Shown one piece after another: positions 47,162 to 56,900 of a stretch of 64,000 nucleotides of DNA (positions are counted from its first letter, which is position 1; every line of letters begins with the position of its first letter). The translations under genes and the position numbers were made by a program. Under the pieces are notes generated by a model that was given only the letters and a program-made list of their open reading frames with translations, had not been told where the DNA came from and did not search any database. Source of the DNA: Chitinophagales bacterium. GTDB taxonomy: Bacteria; Bacteroidota; Bacteroidia; Chitinophagales; CAIODY01. The DNA lies in assembly GCA_947449695.1 (NCBI GenBank), contig CANFST010000004.1, positions 22,555-86,554 on the forward strand, given 5' to 3'.

Positions 47162-48415
47162 ATGCATTTTGAAAATTCATTGTCATTTGCTCAGCAACTT
47201 GATTCACAAGATTCATTAAAACATTTTCGTGACCGATTTTTTATACCGAAAGTGAATGGTAAAGATTCCATTTATCTCTGCGGAAATTCTTTAGGCTTGC
47301 AACCCAAATCGGCAATGGAACATATTGATGTTGAATTGGATGATTGGGCGAAACTTGGTGTAGAAGGGCATGTTCACGGAAAAAATCCTTGGTTGTATTA
47401 TCATCATTTCACACAAGATGCATTGGCAAAATTAGTTGGCGCTAATAAAAATGAAGTAGTGGCAATGGGTTCATTGACTAACAATCTTCATTTGTTGATG
47501 GTATCCTTTTATCGTCCGACAAAAGAGCGATATAAAATCCTGATTGAAAATCGTCCTTTCCCAAGTGACCAATACGCTGTTACTTCTCAGGCAAAATTTC
47601 ATGGTTTTGATGAGAGTGCAATTATTGAAATGCAGCCTCGTGAAGGGGAATACGCTTTGCGTACTGAAGATATTTTAGCAAAAATTGAAGAACACAAAAA
47701 TGAATTAGCATTGGTGATTTTGGGCGGTGTTCATTTCTATACTGGGCAATTGTTCGACATGAAAGCCATTACTAAAGCGGCTCACAACGCTGGTGCAAAT
47801 TGTGGTTTTGATTTAGCGCATGCAATGGGAAATATACCGATGCAATTGCACGACTGGAATGTTGATTTCGCTTGTTGGTGTAGTTACAAATATTTGAATA
47901 GCGGTCCGGGTGGTGTAGCTGGAATTTTTGTGCATGAAAAACATCACAAAAATGATTCGCTACCAAGATTCAATGGTTGGTGGGGACACAATGAAAAAGA
48001 CCGTTTTAAAATGGAAGCAACTTATGAAAGTATGTATACTGCTGAATCATGGCAAATGAGTAATGCGCCTGTGTTTGCAATGGCAATTCATAAAGCCTCT
48101 TTAGAAATTATCGACGAAGCTGGCATTTACAACATGCGTAAAAAAAGTTTGCAGCTTACAGCTTTCTTAGAATATTTATTGATTGAAAAAAGAAAAGAGA
48201 AAAATTTACAGTTCGATATTTTGACACCTTCAAATGAAAATGAACGAGGTTGCCAAATCAGTTTGTCATTTAAAGAAAATGGAAAACAGATTTTTGATAA
48301 ACTCACCAAAGCTGGTGTGATAGCTGATTGGAGAGAGCCAGGTGTAATTCGTGTTGCACCAGTGCCGTTGTATAATTCGTTTGAGGATGTGTTCAATTTC
48401 GTAAATCAGTTTTAG
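47162..48415 (+). CDS. kynU: kynureninase
   Basis: Full-length KynU pattern: YLCGNSLGLQPK, FDLAHAMGN and WCSYKYLNSGPGG (PLP lysine). Confidence 0.9.
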   Translation: MHFENSLSFAQQLDSQDSLKHFRDRFFIPKVNGKDSIYLCGNSLGLQPKSAMEHIDVELDDWAKLGVEGHVHGKNPWLYYHHFTQDALAKLVGANKNEVVAMGSLTNNLHLLMVSFYRPTKERYKILIENRPFPSDQYAVTSQAKFHGFDESAIIEMQPREGEYALRTEDILAKIEEHKNELALVILGGVHFYTGQLFDMKAITKAAHNAGANCGFDLAHAMGNIPMQLHDWNVDFACWCSYKYLNSGPGGVAGIFVHEKHHKNDSLPRFNGWWGHNEKDRFKMEATYESMYTAESWQMSNAPVFAMAIHKASLEIIDEAGIYNMRKKSLQLTAFLEYLLIEKRKEKNLQFDILTPSNENERGCQISLSFKENGKQIFDKLTKAGVIADWREPGVIRVAPVPLYNSFEDVFNFVNQF

Positions 48416-48444
48416 TCGTAAGTCAATAGTCATAAGTCGTAAGC
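48414..48444. repeat. left arm of a 31-nt imperfect inverted repeat bracketing the four-helix-bundle gene
   Basis: AGTCGTAAGTCAATAGTCATAAGTCGTAAGC. The reverse complement of 48824-48854 is AGTCGTAAGTCGTGAGTTGTTAGTCGTAAGC. Identity is 25/31, with perfect 11-nt and 10-nt ends. Confidence 0.85.
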
Positions 48445-48810
48445 ATGCAAATTCAGAAGTTTGAAGATATTATTGCTTGGCAAAAAGCACAGAATTTTTC
48501 TGTTGCCATTTATCATGCTTTTGAAAAAACTAAGGACTATGCTTTCAAAGACCAAATTTGCAGGGCATCTGTTTCTATTTCAAACAACATCGCTGAAGGC
48601 TTTGATAGAAGCAGTGATGCCGACTTTGCAAGATTTCTTTACATGGCTTTAGGTTCTTCAAGCGAAGCAAAATCAATGTTATATTTAGCAGTTCAACTAA
48701 ATTATATTTCAGAAGAAACAAAGAATGAATTGATTGAACAATCAAATGAAATTTCAAAAATCATAAGAGGATTCATAAAAGTCCTTTCACAAAAAAATAA
48801 AAAAGTATGA
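48445..48810 (+). CDS. four-helix-bundle protein (23S rRNA intervening-sequence protein family)
   Basis: 121 aa. FEDIIAWQKAQNFSVAIY...SISNNIAEGFDRSSDADFARFLYMALGSSSEAKSMLYLA is the typical family signature. Confidence 0.8.
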   Translation: MQIQKFEDIIAWQKAQNFSVAIYHAFEKTKDYAFKDQICRASVSISNNIAEGFDRSSDADFARFLYMALGSSSEAKSMLYLAVQLNYISEETKNELIEQSNEISKIIRGFIKVLSQKNKKV

Positions 48811-50195
48811 CTAACAACTCTTCGCTTACGACTAACAACTCACGACTTACGACTTCTAAAAATATTTCCATCGTAGGTTCAGGTTTAGTAGGCAGTTTGC
48901 TATCTGTTTATTTAGCTAAACGTGGTCACCATGTTACTATGTTCGAACGCCGACCAGATATGCGTTCTACAAAAATATCAGCAGGAAGAAGTATTAATTT
49001 GGCGTTGAGTGATAGAGGCTTACGTGGCTTGAAAGCAGCTGGTATTGCTGATGACATCATGAAAATTGCTATCCCGATGTATGGACGTCAGATTCATCAT
49101 CAGGATGGAACGCAAACTTTTCAACCATATGGAAAAGAAAATCAGGCGATTTATTCTGTGAGTAGAAGCGGCATCAATATGGCTTTGATGAGCTTGGCTG
49201 AAAAATTTGAAAATGTAAACATCAAATTTGAGCATAAATGCACTGATATTAATTTACGACAATCAACTGCAAAATTTGTTGATGAAAAAACAGGTAATCC
49301 AGTTGTATCGAACGCTGATATTTTATTGGGAACAGATGGTGCTTTTTCCCCTGTTCGTTTGGCTATGCAAACATCTACGGATATGTTTAACTATTCACAA
49401 ACATATTTAGAACATGCTTACAAGGAATTGTTGATTCCAGCAAATGAAGACGGTAGTTTCAGAATGGAGAAAAATGCTTTACATATTTGGCCAAGAAAAA
49501 GTTTTATGATGATTGCTTTGCCAAATATTGATGGCAGCTTCACTTGCACATTGTTTTTACAATTGAAAGGAGAGGAATCATTTGAGACGTTGAAAGATGA
49601 AACTTCAATGATGAATTTCATGCAAAAATATTTTGCTGATGTAATTGCATTAATGCCAACATTAAAACAAGATTTTTTCGCCAATCCAACTTCAACTTTG
49701 GTAACAGTTCGTTGCTTTCCTTGGAGCTTTGAAGACAAAGCTTGTTTGGTAGGTGATGCTGCACATGCTATTGTGCCATTCTTTGGGCAAGGTATGAATT
49801 GTGGTTTTGAAGATTGTGTGGTGTTTGATGAAATGATGGAAAAACATGGCGACAATTGGAAAGCACTGTTTGAAGAATATCAAACACTTCGCAAACCGAA
49901 TGGCGATGCGGTGGCGCAGTTGGCTTTGGATAATTTCATTGAGATGAGAGACAAAACTGCTGACCCGAAATTTTTGTTACGTAAAAAAATTGAAGCCCGG
50001 ATTGCAACTGAGCATCCTAACTTTTTAAGCATGTATGCACAAGTAACATTCAGTCCGCAAATAAGCTACCATACTGCATATAATGAAGGTCAGAGACATG
50101 GCGTTCATTTAGATAAATTAGCCAACATTGAAAATGTATTCGACAAATGGAATACTCCTGAGGTGCAAGATGTGGTGAAGGAATTGGTGGGGTAA
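48807..50195 (+). CDS. kmo: kynurenine 3-monooxygenase (FAD-dependent)
   Basis: FAD fingerprint IVGSGLVGSLLSVYLAKRGHHVTMFERR, then GDAAHAIVPFFGQGMNCGFED. The ATG overlaps the upstream stop (ATGA). The N-terminal MTNNSSLTTNNSRLTTSK is encoded by the repeat element. Confidence 0.88.
   Translation: MTNNSSLTTNNSRLTTSKNISIVGSGLVGSLLSVYLAKRGHHVTMFERRPDMRSTKISAGRSINLALSDRGLRGLKAAGIADDIMKIAIPMYGRQIHHQDGTQTFQPYGKENQAIYSVSRSGINMALMSLAEKFENVNIKFEHKCTDINLRQSTAKFVDEKTGNPVVSNADILLGTDGAFSPVRLAMQTSTDMFNYSQTYLEHAYKELLIPANEDGSFRMEKNALHIWPRKSFMMIALPNIDGSFTCTLFLQLKGEESFETLKDETSMMNFMQKYFADVIALMPTLKQDFFANPTSTLVTVRCFPWSFEDKACLVGDAAHAIVPFFGQGMNCGFEDCVVFDEMMEKHGDNWKALFEEYQTLRKPNGDAVAQLALDNFIEMRDKTADPKFLLRKKIEARIATEHPNFLSMYAQVTFSPQISYHTAYNEGQRHGVHLDKLANIENVFDKWNTPEVQDVVKELVG
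48824..48854. repeat. right arm of the inverted repeat, lying inside the first 16 codons of kmo
   Basis: GCTTACGACTAACAACTCACGACTTACGACT. A local direct repeat GACTAACAACTC is also present at 48809-48820 and 48830-48841. Confidence 0.85.
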
Positions 50196-50200
50196 AAGCT

Positions 50201-51265
50201 ATGGAAAAGAATTTTCACAGAAATATAATTTTTACTAAAGCTCATTTAAAAACGAATTTTAGGTTTAAAGATGTTTTTCAAATTTATCCTTGTGATTTTG
50301 CCGATGCTCCAAAATCTGAGTATGCGTTGGATAATCCTGTTGTTATTGAATATTTTACCGATTCAACAAAAAATCCAGAAGTATATTCTTGGATTAAGCA
50401 AAAGAACTTGATTTCTGGATTGGCAAATCAAACAAGCCAATTAAATAAGATTACAAGGTTATTGTCAGCAATCACTAAACACCGTTTTTTTAGCTACTCG
50501 ACTTCTGACTCAAAATGGGGAATTATACCAAAAGAAAATAATGATGAATCAGAATTTAATGCAAGTAAAATTTTCTTTCCATTTTTTTATTATCCTAATT
50601 CAAAAAATGACTTAAGAGGTAATGAATTTGCCGCTCAAAGACATTTAAATTCAAATTTTATATCGCATCAAAATTATTATTTACAAGGTTCAATTGATAA
50701 TTTGGTTGATGACAATACACAGGAGATTTCATTTTCAGATTTAACAGAAAAAATTTTAGAAAACTATTTTAATCTTGACGAAGAATCTCAAAAAATAGTC
50801 GATGCAGTGGCTCATTTAATCTGCAATGGGATTGACATTAAACAATCAATGAAAAGTTTATCGTTTATCTCATTCGTTTCAAGCATTGAAACTTTGGCGA
50901 ACTATTATTTTAGGAATCATAAAGTAGAACTTCATTGCGAATCATGTAAAACCATTAAGGAATCTAGCTTTACTTGTAATGAATGTGGAAGACCGATTTG
51001 GGGCGTAACAGCAAAGTTTAAAACTTTTTTAAGCACTTATATTTCAAATGAGGAATCAACGAAATCCAAGTACAATAAGATTTATAATATGCGTAGCAGA
51101 ATTGTTCATAATGGAACTCTTTTGCTTGGCGACGAACAATTAAATTGGAAAGAATCAAAAAAAGAGGATAGTGAGTGGAGAATACATTTTGAGACAATGC
51201 AGATGGCACGAGCCGCCTTGGCTAATTGGTTGATATGGGGACCTGATTTAAAACCAAGGGATTAA
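50201..51265 (+). CDS. hypothetical protein with a C-terminal HEPN-like Rx4H motif and an inserted CxxC...CxxC zinc ribbon
   Basis: 354 aa. The motifs are HCESCKTIKESSFTCNECGRPIWG followed by KIYNMRSRIVHNGTLLL, where RSRIVH fits R-x4-H and the -HNG context resembles RNxIAHG-type HEPN families. The N-terminal ~220 aa are unrecognised. Confidence 0.45.
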   Translation: MEKNFHRNIIFTKAHLKTNFRFKDVFQIYPCDFADAPKSEYALDNPVVIEYFTDSTKNPEVYSWIKQKNLISGLANQTSQLNKITRLLSAITKHRFFSYSTSDSKWGIIPKENNDESEFNASKIFFPFFYYPNSKNDLRGNEFAAQRHLNSNFISHQNYYLQGSIDNLVDDNTQEISFSDLTEKILENYFNLDEESQKIVDAVAHLICNGIDIKQSMKSLSFISFVSSIETLANYYFRNHKVELHCESCKTIKESSFTCNECGRPIWGVTAKFKTFLSTYISNEESTKSKYNKIYNMRSRIVHNGTLLLGDEQLNWKESKKEDSEWRIHFETMQMARAALANWLIWGPDLKPRD

Positions 51266-51313
51266 ATTTATTTTACAGTTCCTCAACTATAATTTTTTAA
51301 CCGAATATTCTCC

Positions 51314-51376
51314 TTGAAACAAAAAATCCATTATCACTTTCTTCAAATAGCAAATGACAAAGTTTAATTGCTACAA
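51314..51376 (+). repeat. 63-nt relic copy of the 5' end of the gene at 52195 (direct repeat of 52201-52263, 57/63 identical)
   Basis: Position-by-position alignment shows 6 mismatches. The relic translates as LKQKIHYHFLQIANDKV* versus LKQKIHSHFLQLATDKVQ in the intact gene. Confidence 0.85.
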
Positions 51377-51454
51377 TCTTGATTAGTAAGAATAAAGTTT
51401 AATCCTTTACCTCTCTAAATCTTCATAGCTTTGAAAAACTTTATTGAATAGCAA

Positions 51455-52198
51455 TTGCAACATTTATACTTGTTTATTTTACTGGCTTTATTATCCGAAA
51501 TTTTAGGAACGGTTGGTGGGTTTGGTTCGTCATTATTCTTTGTGCCCATCGCCAGTTACTTTTTAGATTTTTACTCGGTATTGGGCATCACTGCATTGTT
51601 TCATGTATCCAGCAACTTAACTAAAATTTATTTTTTCCGAAAAGGCGTTGATAAGAAATTAATTTTTTCAATCGGCATTCCTGCTGTCATTTTTGTAATC
51701 ATCGGAGCAATGTTAAGCAAATATGTGAATGTGCAAATTTTGCAAATTGCCTTGTCTGTATTTCTGATTTCAATAAGTTTGTTGTTGCTGTTTTTCAATA
51801 AATTAATTATTGAACCAACAATTATTAATTCAGTTAGTGGCGGTGTGCTATCGGGATTGGTGGCTGGTTTGGTAGGCACTGGCGGCGCAATCAGAGGAAT
51901 GGTGCTGGCTGCTTTTGATTTAAAAACTGAAATTTTTATTGCCACATCCGCATTAATAGATTTAGGAATTGATTGCAGTAGAAGCGGTATTTATGTTTGG
52001 AATGGCTATGTGCATCAACATGACTTATACTTGATTCCAATTTTGTTTGTGGTGAGTATTTTAGGCACATTTATCGGCAAGAAAATTTTAGAAAAAATTT
52101 CAGCAAAACATTTCAAAACATTAGTGCTTGCTTTAGTTTTGATAACTGGTCTGCTTTCCTTATTGAAAATATTTTTTCCATCGCTCTCAATGATTTGA
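51455..52198 (+). CDS. TauE/SafE-family sulfite/anion exporter
   Basis: 247 aa with 7-8 TM helices. The N-terminus LSEILGTVGGFGSSLFFVP and a repeated GxGGG-type segment (GLVGTGGAIRG) are typical of the family. The start appears to be TTG. Confidence 0.75.
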   Translation: MQHLYLFILLALLSEILGTVGGFGSSLFFVPIASYFLDFYSVLGITALFHVSSNLTKIYFFRKGVDKKLIFSIGIPAVIFVIIGAMLSKYVNVQILQIALSVFLISISLLLLFFNKLIIEPTIINSVSGGVLSGLVAGLVGTGGAIRGMVLAAFDLKTEIFIATSALIDLGIDCSRSGIYVWNGYVHQHDLYLIPILFVVSILGTFIGKKILEKISAKHFKTLVLALVLITGLLSLLKIFFPSLSMI

Positions 52199-52644
52199 AA
52201 TTGAAACAAAAAATCCATTCTCATTTTCTTCAATTAGCAACTGACAAAGTTCAATTGCTGCAAAAGCGTTTGAATGATTTAAAAGAAAGTGGTGCCAACG
52301 AAACCAAAAGCACCGCCGGCGATAAACATGAAACTGCTTTGGCTATGGTGCAAATTGAGCAAGCAAATATTCGTCAGCAATTGGAAGAAGCTTTAGCACA
52401 AAAAGCAATTTTAGAAAAAATAAATCCACAAATCACAACTGAAAAAATTATAAACCGAAGTTTAGTAAAAACCAACAAAGGCTATTTTTATGTGAGTGTT
52501 GCATTAGGTAAAGCAATTGTTGATGGCGTTCAAATCTTTGCTGTATCAGAATTTTCGCCTTTAGGTAAAAAAATGTTGGGATTAAAAGTTGGCGAACAAA
52601 TTCAACTAAACGAACAGGTTTATATCATTGAATTGGTGCAATAA
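52195..52644 (+). CDS. GreA/GreB C-terminal-domain-like protein
   Basis: 149 aa with an N-terminal coiled coil carrying KSTAGDKHETA. The C-terminal VSEFSPLGKKMLGLKVGEQIQL resembles the GreA C-terminal domain. The TTG start overlaps the TauE stop. Confidence 0.5.
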   Translation: MKLKQKIHSHFLQLATDKVQLLQKRLNDLKESGANETKSTAGDKHETALAMVQIEQANIRQQLEEALAQKAILEKINPQITTEKIINRSLVKTNKGYFYVSVALGKAIVDGVQIFAVSEFSPLGKKMLGLKVGEQIQLNEQVYIIELVQ

Positions 52645-52701
52645 AATCTTCAACAGCATAATTGCTTTCATTTAATTTGCAGCTTCAAAACTTAATTTTG
52701 A

Positions 52702-53904
52702 ATGTCGAAAAAATCTATTGCCATTATCGGAGGAGGCGCATCAGCGTTGATGTTAGCAGCGCATTTGGATGAAACCAAATTTGATGTCACCATTTATGAA
52801 CGCAATGCGGCATTAGGAAGAAAATTTTTAGTGGCAGGCGATGGTGGTTTGAATTTAACTCATTCGGAATCATTGGAACAATTCATTCAACGCTACATTC
52901 CATCTGAATTTATTAAACCGATGCTTCAACAATTTTCCAATCAGGATTTAATGGAATGGCTGAAAAACATTGGTATTCCTACGTTTGTTGGCACAAGTGG
53001 CAGAGTGTTTCCTGAAAAAGAAATAAAGCCTATTGTAGTTTTGAATGCAATTGTTAATGTGTTGAAGCTGAAAAATGTTCAAATCAAAACGCAACATTTT
53101 TGGAAAGGCTGGAATGAAAAAAATGAATTGCAATTTGAAACTAATAATAGAGTCGAAAATATTTCAGCAGATAAAGTAGTTTTTGCTTTAGGCGGTAAAA
53201 GCTGGTCAATTACAGGCTCTGATGGGAGTTGGATAAATTATTTTGAAAAAGAAGGAATTCAAATCGTTCAATTTCAAGCTTCAAATTGTGCTGTAAAAAT
53301 TGATTGGAAAAATGATTTTCTGAATGTTGCCGAAGGACAATCACTCAAAAATATTTCAATAAAATGTGGCGATAAAGAACGCAAAGGCGAAGTGGTGATT
53401 ACAAAATCCGGAATGGAAGGTGGAGTGATTTATGCTTTGATTGCTCCAATCCGAAATCAATTAAATCAAAACTCGGAAGCTACCATTTATATTGATTTCA
53501 AGCCTATTTACAGCCATGAAGAAGTTGTAGAAAAATTGAATCAACCGAAAAGAAATTCATGGAGCAATCATTTAGAAACCAAAATTGGATTGAGTAAAAC
53601 TGCCATTCATTTGTTGAAATTTTATTTGAGCAAAGAAGAGTTTACCAATGTGAATGCACTTGCAAATGCGATTAAAAACTTCGCCATAAAAATAACTGAC
53701 CTAGCACCAATTGATGAAGCCATCTCAACTGTTGGTGGAATTTCTTTGGATGAAATCAATGCTGATTTTGAATTAAAAAGACTACCACAGCACTTTTGCA
53801 TTGGCGAAATGTTAGACTGGGATGCGCCAACTGGTGGCTATTTGCTGCAAGCGAATTTTAGCATGGGTTATTGTTTAGCAAAGCATTTAAACAAGCAACT
53901 ATGA
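52702..53904 (+). CDS. BaiN/HI0933-like NAD(P)/FAD-dependent flavoprotein
   Basis: Dinucleotide fold IAIIGGGASALMLAAHL, then FLVAGDGGLNLTH and C-terminal GEMLDWDAPTGGYLLQ. Confidence 0.72.
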   Translation: MSKKSIAIIGGGASALMLAAHLDETKFDVTIYERNAALGRKFLVAGDGGLNLTHSESLEQFIQRYIPSEFIKPMLQQFSNQDLMEWLKNIGIPTFVGTSGRVFPEKEIKPIVVLNAIVNVLKLKNVQIKTQHFWKGWNEKNELQFETNNRVENISADKVVFALGGKSWSITGSDGSWINYFEKEGIQIVQFQASNCAVKIDWKNDFLNVAEGQSLKNISIKCGDKERKGEVVITKSGMEGGVIYALIAPIRNQLNQNSEATIYIDFKPIYSHEEVVEKLNQPKRNSWSNHLETKIGLSKTAIHLLKFYLSKEEFTNVNALANAIKNFAIKITDLAPIDEAISTVGGISLDEINADFELKRLPQHFCIGEMLDWDAPTGGYLLQANFSMGYCLAKHLNKQL

Positions 53905-56900
53905 TAAATGCTTGAAAATTTTCTCTTTCAATTCTTCTGGATTAAATGGTTTGCTGATGTAATCATTCATGCCCTCTGATAAAACTTTTTCCTTTTCATT
54001 GTCAATAGCGGCTGCTGTTAAAGCAATGATTGGAATATTTTTCAACGATTCGTTTTCGTGATTACGAATTATTCTGCAAGCCTCTAAGCCACTCATTTCG
54101 GGCATGTGCAAGTCCATCAAAATTAAATCGTAATGATTTGCATCCAATTTTTTTAGCGCTTCTTTCCCGTTGATAGCAGTTTCTACATTCAAATTCCACT
54201 TATTTAAAAATTTTGTAGCTACAATTTTATTGATGTGATTATCTTCTACCAATAAAATTTTTCTTGAAGCTGATAAATCATTTTTTATTCCATCAATTTC
54301 GATTACTGAGAATTTTTGTTGCGGTGCAACTTCAAAAACTAAATCAAAATAAAAAGTAGAACCTTTATCAATTTCACTTTCAACATAAATTTCACTGCCA
54401 AATAATTGAATCAATTTTTTGGTGATGGTCAATCCCAAACCTGTGCCACCAAACCTTCTTGAAGTGTCTAATGCTGCTTGCGAAAAACTATCAAAAATAA
54501 GTTGTCGTTTTTCTTTCGGGATACCGATGCCTGTATCAATTACTTCAAATCTGATTTTTACTTCTGCATCTTTTACATGTTGAATTTTGCGAAGTGAAAT
54601 TTCTACAAACCCTTTATCGGTAAATTTAATGGCGTTTGAAATTAAATTGTTTAACACCTGTCCGAGCCTCATTACATCGCCAAGCAACATGTTTGGAATT
54701 TCGTTATCAATAAAAGTATTGATGAAAATTTCTTTCGAATCAGCTTTGAATTTATAGCTGCTACGAATGTTATAAATCAACTGACGAATTTCAAATGGCG
54801 ATTTTTCTAAATCAACTTTTCCTGCTTCAATTTTGCTATAATCCAATACGTCATTCACTAGTAACAATAAATTTTCTGCTGAAAATTTTAAGGTGTTTAA
54901 TTCGCTGATTTGGTCTTCACGTGGATTTTCCATCAGCAATAAATTACTCATGCCAATCACTGCATTCAATGGTGTTCGGATTTCGTGACTCATAATGCTG
55001 GTGAAATGCAATTTTTCAGTGGCAGCCATTTCAGCTTTTTCTTTTGCTTTAATTAATTCAGTTTGTTTTTTGTTTACCAAAATTCTATTTTGAACTTCGC
55101 TGGTAATGTCTTCACAAACGATTAAATAAATGTTTTCTCCTTTCTGATTTTTAGTAATTCTTGCTGTTTCTTTTACCCAAATTATTTCACCCGATTTTTT
55201 AATTTTTCGAGCTTCCCATTGCATATAATTTTTTGGTGAAAGCTTTAATAATTCAAGGTTTTTAGCAACCGAATATTTATCGGATGGATGGAATAAAATG
55301 GAATGATATTGATCGATTAAATCAGTTTTTTTATACCCCAAAGTATCTGCTCCAAATTGATTGACAGAAACAATTGTTCCTTGTTCATCCATGATGAAAT
55401 ACATAGATGGTGTGTTTTCAAACAACATCCTGAATCGCTCTTCGCTTTGATGCAAAGCTTTATCTTTTTCATGTTGTTCGGTTACATCTTGAAAGTTGCC
55501 TTTGTAAAATTTTTTGTCGTCTGATAACTTACCTGTTACTTCAAAGTAGCGATGTGTTTTATCGGCAAATTTTAATTTCACAATTTCCTTTACTGGCAAA
55601 TTGTTTTCTAATTTTTCAATAAAGGCATTGTAGTAGGCTAATCTGGTAGTTTCAGGCAAGTAGTTAAAAAATTCAGTTGCTGAAAATTGCTTAGGTAATT
55701 TGTTATTTAAAATTTCTAAAACTTCATCTGAAACGGTTACGAATTTGGTTTCCATATCTAATGAAAAAGTTCCATTACGGAGCAGCAAACTGGCTTCTTT
55801 TAAGCGTTGTTGATTTTCTTCCATCCAGATTTCTTGCAATTTCTTTTCAGTGATATCTCTGAATGTGCCTAATAATTTTTCAGCCACACCATCTTTAAAA
55901 ACGACTTTTGAAACAATTTCTAGGTAACGAACATTTCCATTTCTAGTCAACATTTTTCTGTCAACTTTATTGCCGATAAGTTTACCTTCAATTAAACTTT
56001 TAATATAAATTCCTGTTTCAATTTTTTCATCAGGATGAACACAATCAATGAAATCTGAAACAGATTGCATCATGACTGGCTCTTCAAATTCAAGTATATC
56101 GCATAGTTCGGGCGAATGTTCAATTTTGCCTTGCAATAAGTCCATCTCAAAATTACCCATGCGAAGCATATTTTGTGCTTCCAGCAATTTGATTTCGGTA
56201 TTAATTAAATTAATTTCTTGTTGTTTTCTGGCAGTGATATTTCTGAATGTACCAGTAATTTTTGTGACCTTTCCGTTTTCATAAACAGGGTTTCCAGTTA
56301 TTTCAACATACTTATCAATTCCTTTAGCGGTAGTTATTCTGCGATCCTTTGTAAATGGTGTACCATGCTCAATTAATTGCACAAATGTTTCTTTCGATTC
56401 TTTTTGCTCATCTTTTTGAATGTATTTAAAGTAATCATCCAAAGTAAATTCTATTGTATCTTCAGGCAAATCATACAATTCATTGATGTTTAATTCTGAT
56501 GTTATTTTTTTTGTGATCAAGTCAACTGTATAGGCACCCATATCTAACAACTCATGAGCTTCATTCAGCATTTTTAAAGTATTGCTCAATTTCTTTTCAG
56601 TTTCCTGTAGCTTTATCTCAGCCAATTTTCTTTCTGTGATGTTTCGGAAAGTGCCTAAAAATTTTGTTACAATACCATTTTCATAAATTGGCTGACCTGT
56701 TAGTTCTATGAATTTGGTGTTTCCTTTTTCAGTAATAATTTTTCTTTCTGATGAAAACGGTTTGCCTTGGTTTACTAATTCTTTTAAATTTTCAGCTGCT
56801 GCTATTTTATCTTCGGGGCTTAAATATTTATAGTAGTCTTGAATCGTGTAGTAAGGTTTCTTTTCACTTAATTCATAGACTATTGAGAAGTCGTAATTAG

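Noticed and set aside
48807-48860. The real kmo start could lie downstream of the repeat-derived N-terminus.
   Set aside because: There is no in-frame ATG, GTG or TTG between 48807 and the FAD fingerprint (ISIVGSGLVG). The ATGA overlap with the upstream stop is a typical coupled start, so I keep 48807.
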